Below, piece by piece: positions 20,418 through 29,385 of a stretch of 64,000 bases of DNA. The position numbers and the translations under genes are program-made. Within the stretch, counting starts at the first letter, position 1. Every line of letters starts with the position of its first letter. The notes beneath the pieces were generated by a model. That model was not told the DNA's origin, ran no database searches, and saw only the letters and a program-made list of their open reading frames with translations. Source of the stretch: Promethearchaeota archaeon (GTDB lineage: Archaea > Asgardarchaeota > Lokiarchaeia > Sigyniarchaeales > SOKP01); NCBI GenBank assembly GCA_016840085.1, contig JAEOTA010000036.1, positions 32,001 to 96,000 of the forward strand, in the 5' to 3' direction.

Positions 20418-22064
20418 TCATTCAGCAACTTCACCGTATTTCTGACTGAAATATTTCACTACAAGAAATTTTGTTGGATCAAAACGCTGAACATTTCCTT
20501 TGAACGTTTTAAGGTCTGTACTAAATTTTTGTTCAAACTCTCGCGAAAATTCATCAAGTTTTTTAAGTAGAACTGGTAATTCCATAGATGCGATTAGTGC
20601 AATAATATGATATTTTCCATAAGAAAATAATAGGGTAGCCTCTTCTTTTTGGATTTGTCTTAACTGTTTTTTACTATGGGTTATTTCAGATATTATAGAA
20701 ATGACTCCCGAAAGAACACCTGAAACAAGATCCTCATCTAATTCAGGGTGTTCCTCTTCTTTAAACAGGTCTTTATGTTCAAAACTGTGGTGATATAGAC
20801 AAACACCATGTTTATTGAGAATAAATATGTTTTTCAGTGCATTCGCCCATTTCTTATCCTTAGAGACTAAAAATTCTTTCATTGCCATCATCCAAACTAA
20901 AAGAGAAACTAAAATAAATCCATTTAAAAGATCTGGAATGTTGGGTAAGTATTCGTATAAAACAGGAAATCTCCTATATATATCATTTATCCAATGACTA
21001 AAAACAAATCCAATTATTGCTCCAAAAAATAATAGCGACATAAAAAGACCATTTATACGACCTCTAAATTTTAAATTTCCTCTTTCTGTTGAAAAATCTC
21101 CTGAAATTGTAAAGATTGCAAGTAAGAGGGGTAATATCGAGAACCCGTAGTGAATTGAAAGGAAAGCTTTTCTAGGTAACCCAAAAATATAGTCAGCATC
21201 AATGTATGAGCCATAAGATATAAGAAAAAATGAAAGAACAAAAATACCTAATACAATTGAAGTCTTGCGACCAATATTATCTAAAAAACAACCTGCCGCA
21301 ATAATATATGAAAAAGATGCTATTGCATAAATGAAAAGATCTACTTCAAAAGTATACCTCGCGATTAAATCTCCTAAAATAAAGCTTAATATCGTGAAGC
21401 TTGAAGAATATCTGAAAAAATGCTTTTCAAAAATTATTTTAAAATATTTTTTGTCTGATTTTAATCTTTTTGTAGTTTCTACATATGTATACGAGCGGGA
21501 AGCCCAAAAAATAATTAATAAAAGACCAAATTCTAGAATACCAAAAAAGAAATATAAAAAGTCAGACATAAGAAAAAGGACAGAAATATAACCCAAAGAA
21601 AAACAAGAAATCAACAGATAAGCTGCTATTCTACCCCGATTTAAAATATTAGTCTCATGAACAAATATAGTGAACCATAATATAACTAATTGAGGAACTG
21701 TTAAGAGTACAATCAATAATCCTAAATAATATATAAAAATTTCTTGAAAAGCGCTTAGGAGAAGTCCAATAATACAAAGAAATAGCATTAGATTGAAATA
21801 TTTTGTTCTATTCTTTATTAAATCAACTACTATACCTGATATAACAAAACTAATAGCAAGTACTAACAAAAAAATGTAAATTTCAATCTCTACAAATAAC
21901 ACTCCACCAGTTAGAATAGTGTATCTAAATAGAAAAGATTCAGCAACTAATGTAATAGAAAGTAAAGAGAAAAATAAATAAATCCATGTGCTCCTAGGTA
22001 AATTGATATCTCTTATAAATACTCTAATAAACCACTGTTTAATAGATTCACTTTTCATAATCAA
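20418..22064 (-). CDS. 12-TM MFS-fold membrane protein with C-terminal longin-like domain (paralog B)
   Basis: Colinear with paralog A (HETNILNR, IIFEKHF, SGDFSTERGNLK). Motif A AGCFLDNIGRKT. Tail IFILNKHGVCLY...DLVSGVLSGV...LDEFSREFE. Confidence 0.75.
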   Translation of the reverse strand: MIMKSESIKQWFIRVFIRDINLPRSTWIYLFFSLLSITLVAESFLFRYTILTGGVLFVEIEIYIFLLVLAISFVISGIVVDLIKNRTKYFNLMLFLCIIGLLLSAFQEIFIYYLGLLIVLLTVPQLVILWFTIFVHETNILNRGRIAAYLLISCFSLGYISVLFLMSDFLYFFFGILEFGLLLIIFWASRSYTYVETTKRLKSDKKYFKIIFEKHFFRYSSSFTILSFILGDLIARYTFEVDLFIYAIASFSYIIAAGCFLDNIGRKTSIVLGIFVLSFFLISYGSYIDADYIFGLPRKAFLSIHYGFSILPLLLAIFTISGDFSTERGNLKFRGRINGLFMSLLFFGAIIGFVFSHWINDIYRRFPVLYEYLPNIPDLLNGFILVSLLVWMMAMKEFLVSKDKKWANALKNIFILNKHGVCLYHHSFEHKDLFKEEEHPELDEDLVSGVLSGVISIISEITHSKKQLRQIQKEEATLLFSYGKYHIIALIASMELPVLLKKLDEFSREFEQKFSTDLKTFKGNVQRFDPTKFLVVKYFSQKYGEVAE

Positions 22065-22180
22065 TCCCTAAAAAATAATTATTATTATTACTTCTTAGCG
22101 GTTATTTTATTTAATACTTTTGTTAGAATTTTAACCATAAATTTTATTTAAATTTCAAGTTTTTTCATATATGAAATATT

Positions 22181-22663
22181 ATGAATAAAGTTAAGCACGT
22201 TCTCTTTGTATGCTTAGGAAATACAGCACGATCTCCGGTAGCTGAATACCTAGCTCGTTATCATGTTGAAAAACTTAATGTAAAGTTGAATTTCGATTCT
22301 TGTGGTTTTTTCAATGCATTTAGTTATATGCAACCAGAATCTCGAATGTATTTGGATTCAAAAGGAATCAAACATTCAGATTTTGTGCCTAAAATAATTA
22401 ATCGAACTCTACTAGAAAAACAAGATTTAATCCTAACAATGGAAAGAACCCATTCGAAAGATATTAAAAGTCAATTTAATAACATTCAAGATATTAATAA
22501 AAAAACTTTTACAATAAGAGAATTTAACGGAGAAACTGATGACATAGATATAATTGATCCATATTATACTTCAGTTAATACTTATAAAAAGATTCTAAAG
22601 AATATTGATGAGAATGTTAAGAAAGCAGTAGAAAAAATTATTTATCTGAACAATTCAACATAA
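22181..22663 (+). CDS. Low-molecular-weight protein-tyrosine phosphatase family (second copy)
   Basis: P-loop CLGNTARS, DLILTME, IIDPYY. Confidence 0.88.
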   Translation: MNKVKHVLFVCLGNTARSPVAEYLARYHVEKLNVKLNFDSCGFFNAFSYMQPESRMYLDSKGIKHSDFVPKIINRTLLEKQDLILTMERTHSKDIKSQFNNIQDINKKTFTIREFNGETDDIDIIDPYYTSVNTYKKILKNIDENVKKAVEKIIYLNNST

Positions 22664-22722
22664 ACTTGTTTCATTGTAATAAATGAAACTTTATTATTGT
22701 CAAATATTCTATTTCTGTTCTG

Positions 22723-22869
22723 TCAAGCTGATAAAAGTGATCTAAAGTGATATATTTCATCACATTGATTTGCTTCTCGAATGATGTGTTCTCTGAACTC
22801 ACGGCGTTCTCCCCTTGGATGAAATTCTTGTTGTCGATGATATAGAATTACAAATACTAAATTACTCAT
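22723..22869 (-). other. Unannotated 48-codon ORF or gene remnant
   Basis: ATG at 22869, TGA at 22723-22725; reads MSNLVFVILYHRQQEFHPRGERREFREHIIREANQCDEIYHFRSLLSA. Locally higher GC than the flanking intergenic DNA. Confidence 0.3.
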
Positions 22870-22940
22870 TATCTGGAGTTCTTGCCCTAATGGAGTATTC
22901 TTTAATTAATGCAGTATTATTTTCATTTCCTAATTAATAA

Positions 22941-23029
22941 TTCCAATTTTATAATATTAAATTTCCAAAAGTAGAAATATTTATATATTAATGTTGGATA
23001 TTATAGTTTGATATATTCCAAAATTGGAA
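22941..23029. promoter_or_regulatory. Cluster of palindromic operator-like sites, consensus TTCCAA-N2-TTGGAA
   Basis: TTCCAAAATTGGAA at 23016-23029. Variants TTCCAAAAGTAGAA at 22963-22976 and TTCCAATTTTATAA at 22941-22954. Confidence 0.6.
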
Positions 23030-23099
23030 AAACAAAATTATATAAATAAAGTAATATTCAAAATAGGATCAAACTTTTTAAGAGCTGCAGAAAATTCCT

Positions 23100-24017
23100 A
23101 TGTCAAAAGAAAAAGAAAAATTAGATGATATTTCAATTGAAACTGTTTTAGATTTATCAGTTACACAAATTATAATGCTTCAAATATTAGGACAGAATAT
23201 AAAGGTACCAGTTCGTTTTGCTCTACTTCAGGATTTAAATAGTTTTATATTAGACCCAAAACATGAGATTTCTCCCTCAAGTTTTTATAACAGTCTGAAA
23301 AAACTTGAAGGATTAGGATTACTACAAAGATTAAATGGTAATGATACTGTAGGAAAGAAAATCGGTCTTAAATCGACTTCTAAAGCACAACAAGCTATAA
23401 GGCTAATTAATAAATTAACGCTCCCTTGGGCAGTTTCATTAAACGAGTTATTAAGCAATATGATTCCAGAATTGATACAAAAAGTTGGTCTTCCTACAGA
23501 AGAATCAGAGAAAGCAGATAATTTGTTTATTCTTAGTTTTGATGGGAGAATGGATCCTAATATGTATAGATATTTTCAAGATAATTGGTCCAAAAAAATT
23601 TATTTCTTAGCAGATGATATAACTACCAAAAAGTTAAAAAAAAGAGGTATAACAGGATTTCATCAATCAAGATTTACTAATAAGATCAGAGAAGCTAACG
23701 ATTTTTTTGATGCTTGTGCTATATACCACTATCAGAGAGGAAAGAATATTTATGGGATTGTATATCATAAACTACTTAAAGATGTAAATAGAGTAATGAA
23801 ACCAGGAGGAGCTTTAGTTGCTCAAACATTAGCACCTCTACCAAAAGTAGGTAATATTTATATCGATTCCTTAGCCAAACTTTATAGCAGTCAACCTTTC
23901 TTTTATTCCTGTAAGGAAGAAGACCTTATACAAGATTTAAAAGATGCAGGTTTTAAAGATATCGATTCAATGGAACATGAGGGATTTATTTTTTCATGGG
24001 GATTTATTCCAGAATAG
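23100..24017 (+). CDS. PadR-like winged-helix regulator fused to a degenerate class I methyltransferase-like domain
   Basis: wHTH ISPSSFYNSLKKLEGLGLL. C-terminal FFDAC...LLKDVNRVMKPGGALV...LKDAGF. No recognisable glycine-rich SAM motif I. Confidence 0.7.
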   Translation: MSKEKEKLDDISIETVLDLSVTQIIMLQILGQNIKVPVRFALLQDLNSFILDPKHEISPSSFYNSLKKLEGLGLLQRLNGNDTVGKKIGLKSTSKAQQAIRLINKLTLPWAVSLNELLSNMIPELIQKVGLPTEESEKADNLFILSFDGRMDPNMYRYFQDNWSKKIYFLADDITTKKLKKRGITGFHQSRFTNKIREANDFFDACAIYHYQRGKNIYGIVYHKLLKDVNRVMKPGGALVAQTLAPLPKVGNIYIDSLAKLYSSQPFFYSCKEEDLIQDLKDAGFKDIDSMEHEGFIFSWGFIPE

Positions 24018-24043
24018 CAAAAATTTCTATATGAATTTAAAAA

Positions 24044-24057
24044 ATCCAAAATTGGAA
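24044..24057. promoter_or_regulatory. Second copy of the operator palindrome, upstream of the ABC ATPase
   Basis: ATCCAAAATTGGAA, 13/14 identical to the 23016-23029 site. Confidence 0.6.
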
Positions 24058-24110
24058 TATAAAATTTATCAAAAAATAAAAATTCAATAAAAAAAAATTG
24101 GTGTAATTAA

Positions 24111-25049
24111 ATGGAAATAGCAATTGAAACTAACAATTTGAAAAAATATTTTGATGATATTCATGCTGTTGACGGGATAGATTTAAAAATACCAAAAGGC
24201 TCATTATATGGTGTTCTTGGACCGAATGGAGCAGGTAAAACAACCACAATTCGGATGTTGTCAACCATTTTACACCCTACTAGTGGAGATGCTAAAGTAT
24301 TAGGATTCAATATCAGAAAAGAAGCTCGTGAAATTAAAAAACGTATTGGGGTTTGTCCTCAAGAACTTGTACTTTATCCGCGATTAAATGCAAAAGAGAA
24401 TATTCATTTAATTGCGCAAATGCATGGGATGGCAAAAAAAGATTATAAGGAAAGAACGGATGAACTGTTAGGAAAAATGAATTTATTAGATCGTTCAGGT
24501 GATTTAGTAAAAAGTTTTTCTGGTGGAATGAAACGACGGATAAATGTGCTAATGGCAGTAATTCATGAACCAGAGTTATTGTTTTTTGATGAACCTACAG
24601 CAGGTCTTGATCCTCAATCGCGGCGTGTTGTATGGGATTTTATCCGAGATTTTCAAGAAAAAGAATGTACAATTATATTAACATCACATAATATGGAAGA
24701 AGCAGATGATCTGTCAGATGAACTCGTTATAATTGATCATGGAAAAATTATTACCCAAGGTACGCCGGACGAATTAAAAGGAAAATTAGGTGAAGGAGAT
24801 ATATTAGAATTTAAAGTAAAAGAGGCCGACCAGAGAGAAGAAATTATTGGACGAGTAAAAACATTAGATTTTGTCAGATGGGGAAAGCCAGTTGGAAAGC
24901 ATAGAATTGTTCTTAATGCCCTTGATGGATTAAGGAGGGTATCTGAAATTATGGATATGGTTAAAGTAAAAATGGAAGACATTTCTGTTCGTAAAAATAC
25001 TTTAGAAGATGTGTTTATTGATCTAACAGGTAGGAGGTTGAGAGATTAA
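24111..25049 (+). CDS. ABC-2 type exporter ATP-binding protein (DrrA-like)
   Basis: GPNGAGKT, FSGGMKRR, FFDEPTAGLDP, C-terminal TLEDVFIDLTGRRLRD. Confidence 0.95.
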   Translation: MEIAIETNNLKKYFDDIHAVDGIDLKIPKGSLYGVLGPNGAGKTTTIRMLSTILHPTSGDAKVLGFNIRKEAREIKKRIGVCPQELVLYPRLNAKENIHLIAQMHGMAKKDYKERTDELLGKMNLLDRSGDLVKSFSGGMKRRINVLMAVIHEPELLFFDEPTAGLDPQSRRVVWDFIRDFQEKECTIILTSHNMEEADDLSDELVIIDHGKIITQGTPDELKGKLGEGDILEFKVKEADQREEIIGRVKTLDFVRWGKPVGKHRIVLNALDGLRRVSEIMDMVKVKMEDISVRKNTLEDVFIDLTGRRLRD

Positions 25050-25795
25050 TGGAACCCAAATTTACTAAACAGGTATGGCATTTAACTATCAAAAATTTTA
25101 AATCTATGGTCCGCGATAAATTTCAGTTAATTTGGATTTTAGGGTACCCACTAGTTTTCATACTTTTATTAAGGTTTGGATATGGAGAAGGTCTTGTTGA
25201 AGGAACACCCTATACGGTATATGAACTATTTGCTCCAGGTATTATAATATTAGCTCCAATTGTATTAATTTCACAACTAGCGAGTCATTTCGCCGAGGAA
25301 AAAGAATCAGGAACATTACAACGCCTAATAACTACACCTATCTCACGTTCAACAGTATTAGCTTCAGGTATGGCGTCACAATTAATAGTAGCAACAATAC
25401 AAATAGTTATTATGCTCATTCTGAGTTTATTATTCGGAGCCCACTTTGATTCAGATGCAAATATATTCTTATTATTCTTAATTCCCTTTTTAGTTGCATT
25501 TGTATCTCTTGGATTTGGTTTATTACTTGCATCATTTGTAAAAACTGGTGGATCAGCTTCGGGTATAGCCTGGTTTATCATTTTACCACTCCAGTTTTTG
25601 GGTGGATTACTTACTGATCCAATTATAGATTTTATACCCACATCTTTAGCAAAAGAAGCAATGGTTGCTGTAATGCTTGATGGTAGTGTTGCATTTGATC
25701 TAGTTGGATTAAATTTAATTTATGTCGCTCTCTGGGGATTAGGATTAATAGTAATTGGTATTCTTTTATTCCAACGAAAAACTGCAATTTTATAA
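25049..25795 (+). CDS. ABC-2 type exporter permease
   Basis: Six TM segments, EKESGTLQRLITTP motif, TAATG stop/start overlap with the ATPase gene. Confidence 0.92.
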   Translation: MEPKFTKQVWHLTIKNFKSMVRDKFQLIWILGYPLVFILLLRFGYGEGLVEGTPYTVYELFAPGIIILAPIVLISQLASHFAEEKESGTLQRLITTPISRSTVLASGMASQLIVATIQIVIMLILSLLFGAHFDSDANIFLLFLIPFLVAFVSLGFGLLLASFVKTGGSASGIAWFIILPLQFLGGLLTDPIIDFIPTSLAKEAMVAVMLDGSVAFDLVGLNLIYVALWGLGLIVIGILLFQRKTAIL

Positions 25796-25920
25796 TATTT
25801 GTTCTTTAAGAACAAATTTTTTTTTTAGAATTATATTTTTAAATAGATCAAGTGCTATAATTATTAATTAAGAACTTACAAGTTTTCAGACTTTGTCATA
25901 AAAATTAGGGGTACTTAATA

Positions 25921-26448
25921 GTGGATACCTATAAAAAGGAATTAAACGAGCGAATTTTTAATCCTATTGAAAATATTAATTCAGTTAAAGGATTTGAGAT
26001 TATAAGTGAATCCCTAGTCTATAAGGTTTACGATGTGTTCGGTCGTAATAGTTTACTCTCGATTTTATATCAAACAGGAGTTTTTCCAGGGACTACCATT
26101 GCGGAAAGAATAAAAAAGGAATATAATAAAGAAGAATTTGAAATAGTGGAAGCTTTAGTAATTTTGATGGATGAATTAAAAGAATTCTATTCAATCCAAA
26201 TTCGAGATATTGAACAATATAATGATAGATATAGGATAATCATCGAAAATTACTGCTTTTTACGTAAACCAATTAGCCATCGCGAAAAATTAGACTATGG
26301 GAAGGCATTTTGCAGAATAAATAAGGGATACTTTGAAACAGCGTTCAAAAAATTATTAGGGGATAAAATAAAAAAAGTTGAAATAAATTTCCTTAAAAAC
26401 GATGCTGAGAAAGATGTGTGTGTTGAAGAACTTAATTTCTACCTATAA
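25921..26448 (+). CDS. V4R-like (HNOX/Bet3 superfold) domain protein
   Basis: Pattern ..LYQTG...IENYCFLR...AFCRINKGYFETAF...DVCVEEL with three spaced Cys residues. Confidence 0.55.
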   Translation: MDTYKKELNERIFNPIENINSVKGFEIISESLVYKVYDVFGRNSLLSILYQTGVFPGTTIAERIKKEYNKEEFEIVEALVILMDELKEFYSIQIRDIEQYNDRYRIIIENYCFLRKPISHREKLDYGKAFCRINKGYFETAFKKLLGDKIKKVEINFLKNDAEKDVCVEELNFYL

Positions 26449-26479
26449 TTAGAATAATATAGTATTTTAAAAAAAAATT

Positions 26480-27601
26480 TTAAGAATCTTTAATATTTAA
26501 ACTCCAGAATTTTAATGAAGAGATCAATTCGTCTTCTGCTATGAATCCTATTAACTCTTCGTTGCTTTTTTCTCGTACAACACCAATATAAGGTTTTTTA
26601 CCTGATTGACGTAATTTTTTCATCACTTCTTTTCCTGTATCATCGGCGTCAATATTAGGAAAATCAGAGATTTTCCTCATAATATATCCGATGATAATTT
26701 TAGATCTCTGTTGTATAGATATTCTTTTAATGTCTTCTATATGAACTAAACCTACTATCTTTTTGTCTTGAACTACAGGGAGATAAGACTTTCTATATGG
26801 AAAAAAATAATCTCTTAATGCTTCTAATATAGTTATCTCAAATGGAATTTCTAAATTGGGTAAGTTCAGAATTTCCCTTGCGCTTATGTTTGACAGAGCT
26901 ACTTCTTTTATAGTCTGAGTATAAGATTGCTTCGCAGATGAGTTTAAAAATGAACCCATTAAAATTAACCAAAGTCCGTTTATAAATCCAAACGTAAATA
27001 TTTGGAAGAAGCCATAAATTATTAAGCCATAACCAAAAACAACACCAACTCTAGAGGCAGTTCTTGTAGCAGATATCAAATTATCTCGACGTTTCCATAA
27101 GAAAGCACGTAATATTCTTCCACCATCTATAGGAAAAGCAGGAAGTAAATTAAAAAGGCCTAATCCAATATTTGAAATTCCGGAATAAAATAAAGTAAAT
27201 GAAAATAAAGTGGGAATTGATATTGGTAAAATATATATTATTAATAAAGCCATCCCAATTAATAAACTTGATAAAGGACCAACAGCCGTTATTATCATCT
27301 CTGACTTTGGTGTTTTTGGCTCTTCCTCTATCTTCGAAACCCCACCAAATAAATATAATTCAATTTCCTTAACATTAAGACCATATCGCTGAGCCATGAC
27401 AGAATGACTTAGTTCATGAATCAAAATTGAAAGTAAAATAATTAATCCATTTAATAAGCCTACGGTAAAAATCTCAATAATTGGAGCATTAGTGATTATA
27501 GAAACATAGAGATTGGCCGCGTAAAAACCTACTAAACCAATGATTATCAATGTTGATAAATGAATTTTTATTCCAATACCTTTTATTGTAGCTATTTTCA
27601 C
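26480..27601 (-). CDS. M50 site-2 intramembrane metalloprotease with CBS domains
   Basis: HELSH, LFGGVS, VGPLSS, FNLLPAFPIDGGR, followed by a CBS pair (LPVVQDKKIVGLV). Confidence 0.93.
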   Translation of the reverse strand: MKIATIKGIGIKIHLSTLIIIGLVGFYAANLYVSIITNAPIIEIFTVGLLNGLIILLSILIHELSHSVMAQRYGLNVKEIELYLFGGVSKIEEEPKTPKSEMIITAVGPLSSLLIGMALLIIYILPISIPTLFSFTLFYSGISNIGLGLFNLLPAFPIDGGRILRAFLWKRRDNLISATRTASRVGVVFGYGLIIYGFFQIFTFGFINGLWLILMGSFLNSSAKQSYTQTIKEVALSNISAREILNLPNLEIPFEITILEALRDYFFPYRKSYLPVVQDKKIVGLVHIEDIKRISIQQRSKIIIGYIMRKISDFPNIDADDTGKEVMKKLRQSGKKPYIGVVREKSNEELIGFIAEDELISSLKFWSLNIKDS

Positions 27602-28034
27602 AATTCTTTCCTCTTATCAATTAAATTATCAAAATCGAATTTAATGTTTCATATCTTTTATCGTAAATTTAAATTTACTACAAAGAATTCTCATAGTTCA
27701 ATTTCTAATCTTAAAATAAAAAAACACTAATTAAACTCTTGGTATTATTAATAGAAATTGACTTTTTATTATTAATTATATTTTAAAATACAAATTCATA
27801 TTTCCTTATATTTCAAAATATTCATATTATTAAATTTTAAAGCCTCTGAACTTTATTCTATAAATTTTAGTCATAAAGGATTTAGAAAATGATAAGATAA
27901 TATATTCATTTAGATTACAGATTGTTACTTTTAGTGTATAAAATGTCAAAGATTAAAAAAAAAACAATATTACAACAATTAACTTCATATTACAAAAACT
28001 TAAATTTTAAATTCAAAAAGGTTGGGATATAATA

Positions 28035-29207
28035 ATGGTTGATATTAAAAATGTAGTAGTAATAGGTGCGGGTCAAATGGGTCATGGTATTGGTCAAATG
28101 GCATTACTAGCTGGTTATAATGTAACTATGGTTGATATCAAGGATGAATTTGTTGATAAAGGAGTCGCGAAAATAGATGAAGGAATGAAAAAGCTTGAAG
28201 CTAAGGGAACTCTACCTGAGGGTAAAAGTGCGGCTGATTTGATGGCAAATTGTAAAAAATCAACAGACCTAGCTTCAGCGGTTAAAGATGCTGATATCAT
28301 GATTGAAGCTGTTGTCGAAAGAATGGATGTCAAGAAAGGAGTATTCAAAACTGCTGGAGAAAATGCGCCTCCACATTGTATACTTGCTTCAAATACTTCA
28401 ACTATGAGTATTACAGAGATTGGCAAAGATTCTGGAAGACCAGATAAATGCATAGGAATGCATTTCTTTAATCCTGTTCCTTTAATGAGATTAATTGAAG
28501 TCATTTACAGTGATCATTCTTCAGATGAAAGTGTTGAAAAAGGCATAGAATTTGCAGAATCTATTCCTTGTCTTAGGGGAAAAAGATACGTTCCAAAAGT
28601 TTTAAAAGATAGACCCGGTTTTATTTGTAATCGAGTCACTGCGCCCCCTCAAATATATCAAAACTATTGTTTTGATAAAGCCGCTGAGGAAGGCCTTTCG
28701 TGGGATCAACTTGATAATGATTCTCGAGGAGGCCCTATGTCTATGACAGTTTTAGCTGACTATGTGGGAATTGATGTGCTATACCATGGACAAATGTATT
28801 ACTCTCAAACTCTCTCACCAGATTTTAAACCTGGAAAAGTAATAACTAAATTATTTAATGAAGGAAAGTTGGGTATGAAAACTGGTCAAGGATTTCGAGA
28901 TTGGTCTAAAGGAAGACCACAACCAGATAAAACCGCTGGAAAAGCAAGAATTTACAAGCTAAAATATCCTCTTGCCATTATGATGAATGAGGCATGCAGG
29001 GTCCTCGATGAAGGAATAACTAAAAATTGGAAAATAATTGATGACACATTAATGGCAGGAATGAATATGCCCGGACCAATGGCAGCAAATGTAAATACAT
29101 GGCCAAAACAAGTTGAAGTTTTAAATGAGCTTGTAGAAATGACAGGAGTAGAATATTTTAAGCCTTGTGAGCTCTTAAAGAGTGGTAAATGGGTAGAATA
29201 TAAATAG
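28035..29207 (+). CDS. 3-hydroxyacyl-CoA dehydrogenase
   Basis: GAGQMGHGI, IEAVVE, LASNTS, GMHFFNP, PGFICNR, LGMKTGQGF. Confidence 0.95.
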   Translation: MVDIKNVVVIGAGQMGHGIGQMALLAGYNVTMVDIKDEFVDKGVAKIDEGMKKLEAKGTLPEGKSAADLMANCKKSTDLASAVKDADIMIEAVVERMDVKKGVFKTAGENAPPHCILASNTSTMSITEIGKDSGRPDKCIGMHFFNPVPLMRLIEVIYSDHSSDESVEKGIEFAESIPCLRGKRYVPKVLKDRPGFICNRVTAPPQIYQNYCFDKAAEEGLSWDQLDNDSRGGPMSMTVLADYVGIDVLYHGQMYYSQTLSPDFKPGKVITKLFNEGKLGMKTGQGFRDWSKGRPQPDKTAGKARIYKLKYPLAIMMNEACRVLDEGITKNWKIIDDTLMAGMNMPGPMAANVNTWPKQVEVLNELVEMTGVEYFKPCELLKSGKWVEYK

Positions 29208-29385
29208 GCTTTTTTAAAATTACATCTTTTTTTTTCTTATTTCTTTTAGTATTAGTCTAATCAATCTAAAGGTTTCAGAAATTCTATTTGAAAATTTTTA
29301 ATTATAGTAAAAATAATACTAATTATCTTTAAATAACCTAATTAAAGATTGAAAAATACAAAATAAGAAACCAATAAAAAATGAG

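Noticed and set aside
18032-22663. Arsenic-resistance cluster (ArsC plus efflux pumps)
   Set aside because: Both CX5R proteins lack the distal redox Cys pair, there is no ArsR or Acr3/ArsB, and the membrane proteins carry longin-like tails.
22781-22845. Possible C/D box sRNA (ATGATG, CTGA, GATGA words)
   Set aside because: Box spacing is wrong and there is no terminal D box.
13435-27601. Membrane-anchored subtilase plus M50 protease as a site-1/site-2 proteolysis cascade
   Set aside because: The genes are about 12 kb apart and unlinked, the subtilase appears cytoplasm-facing, and M50-CBS proteases are ubiquitous.
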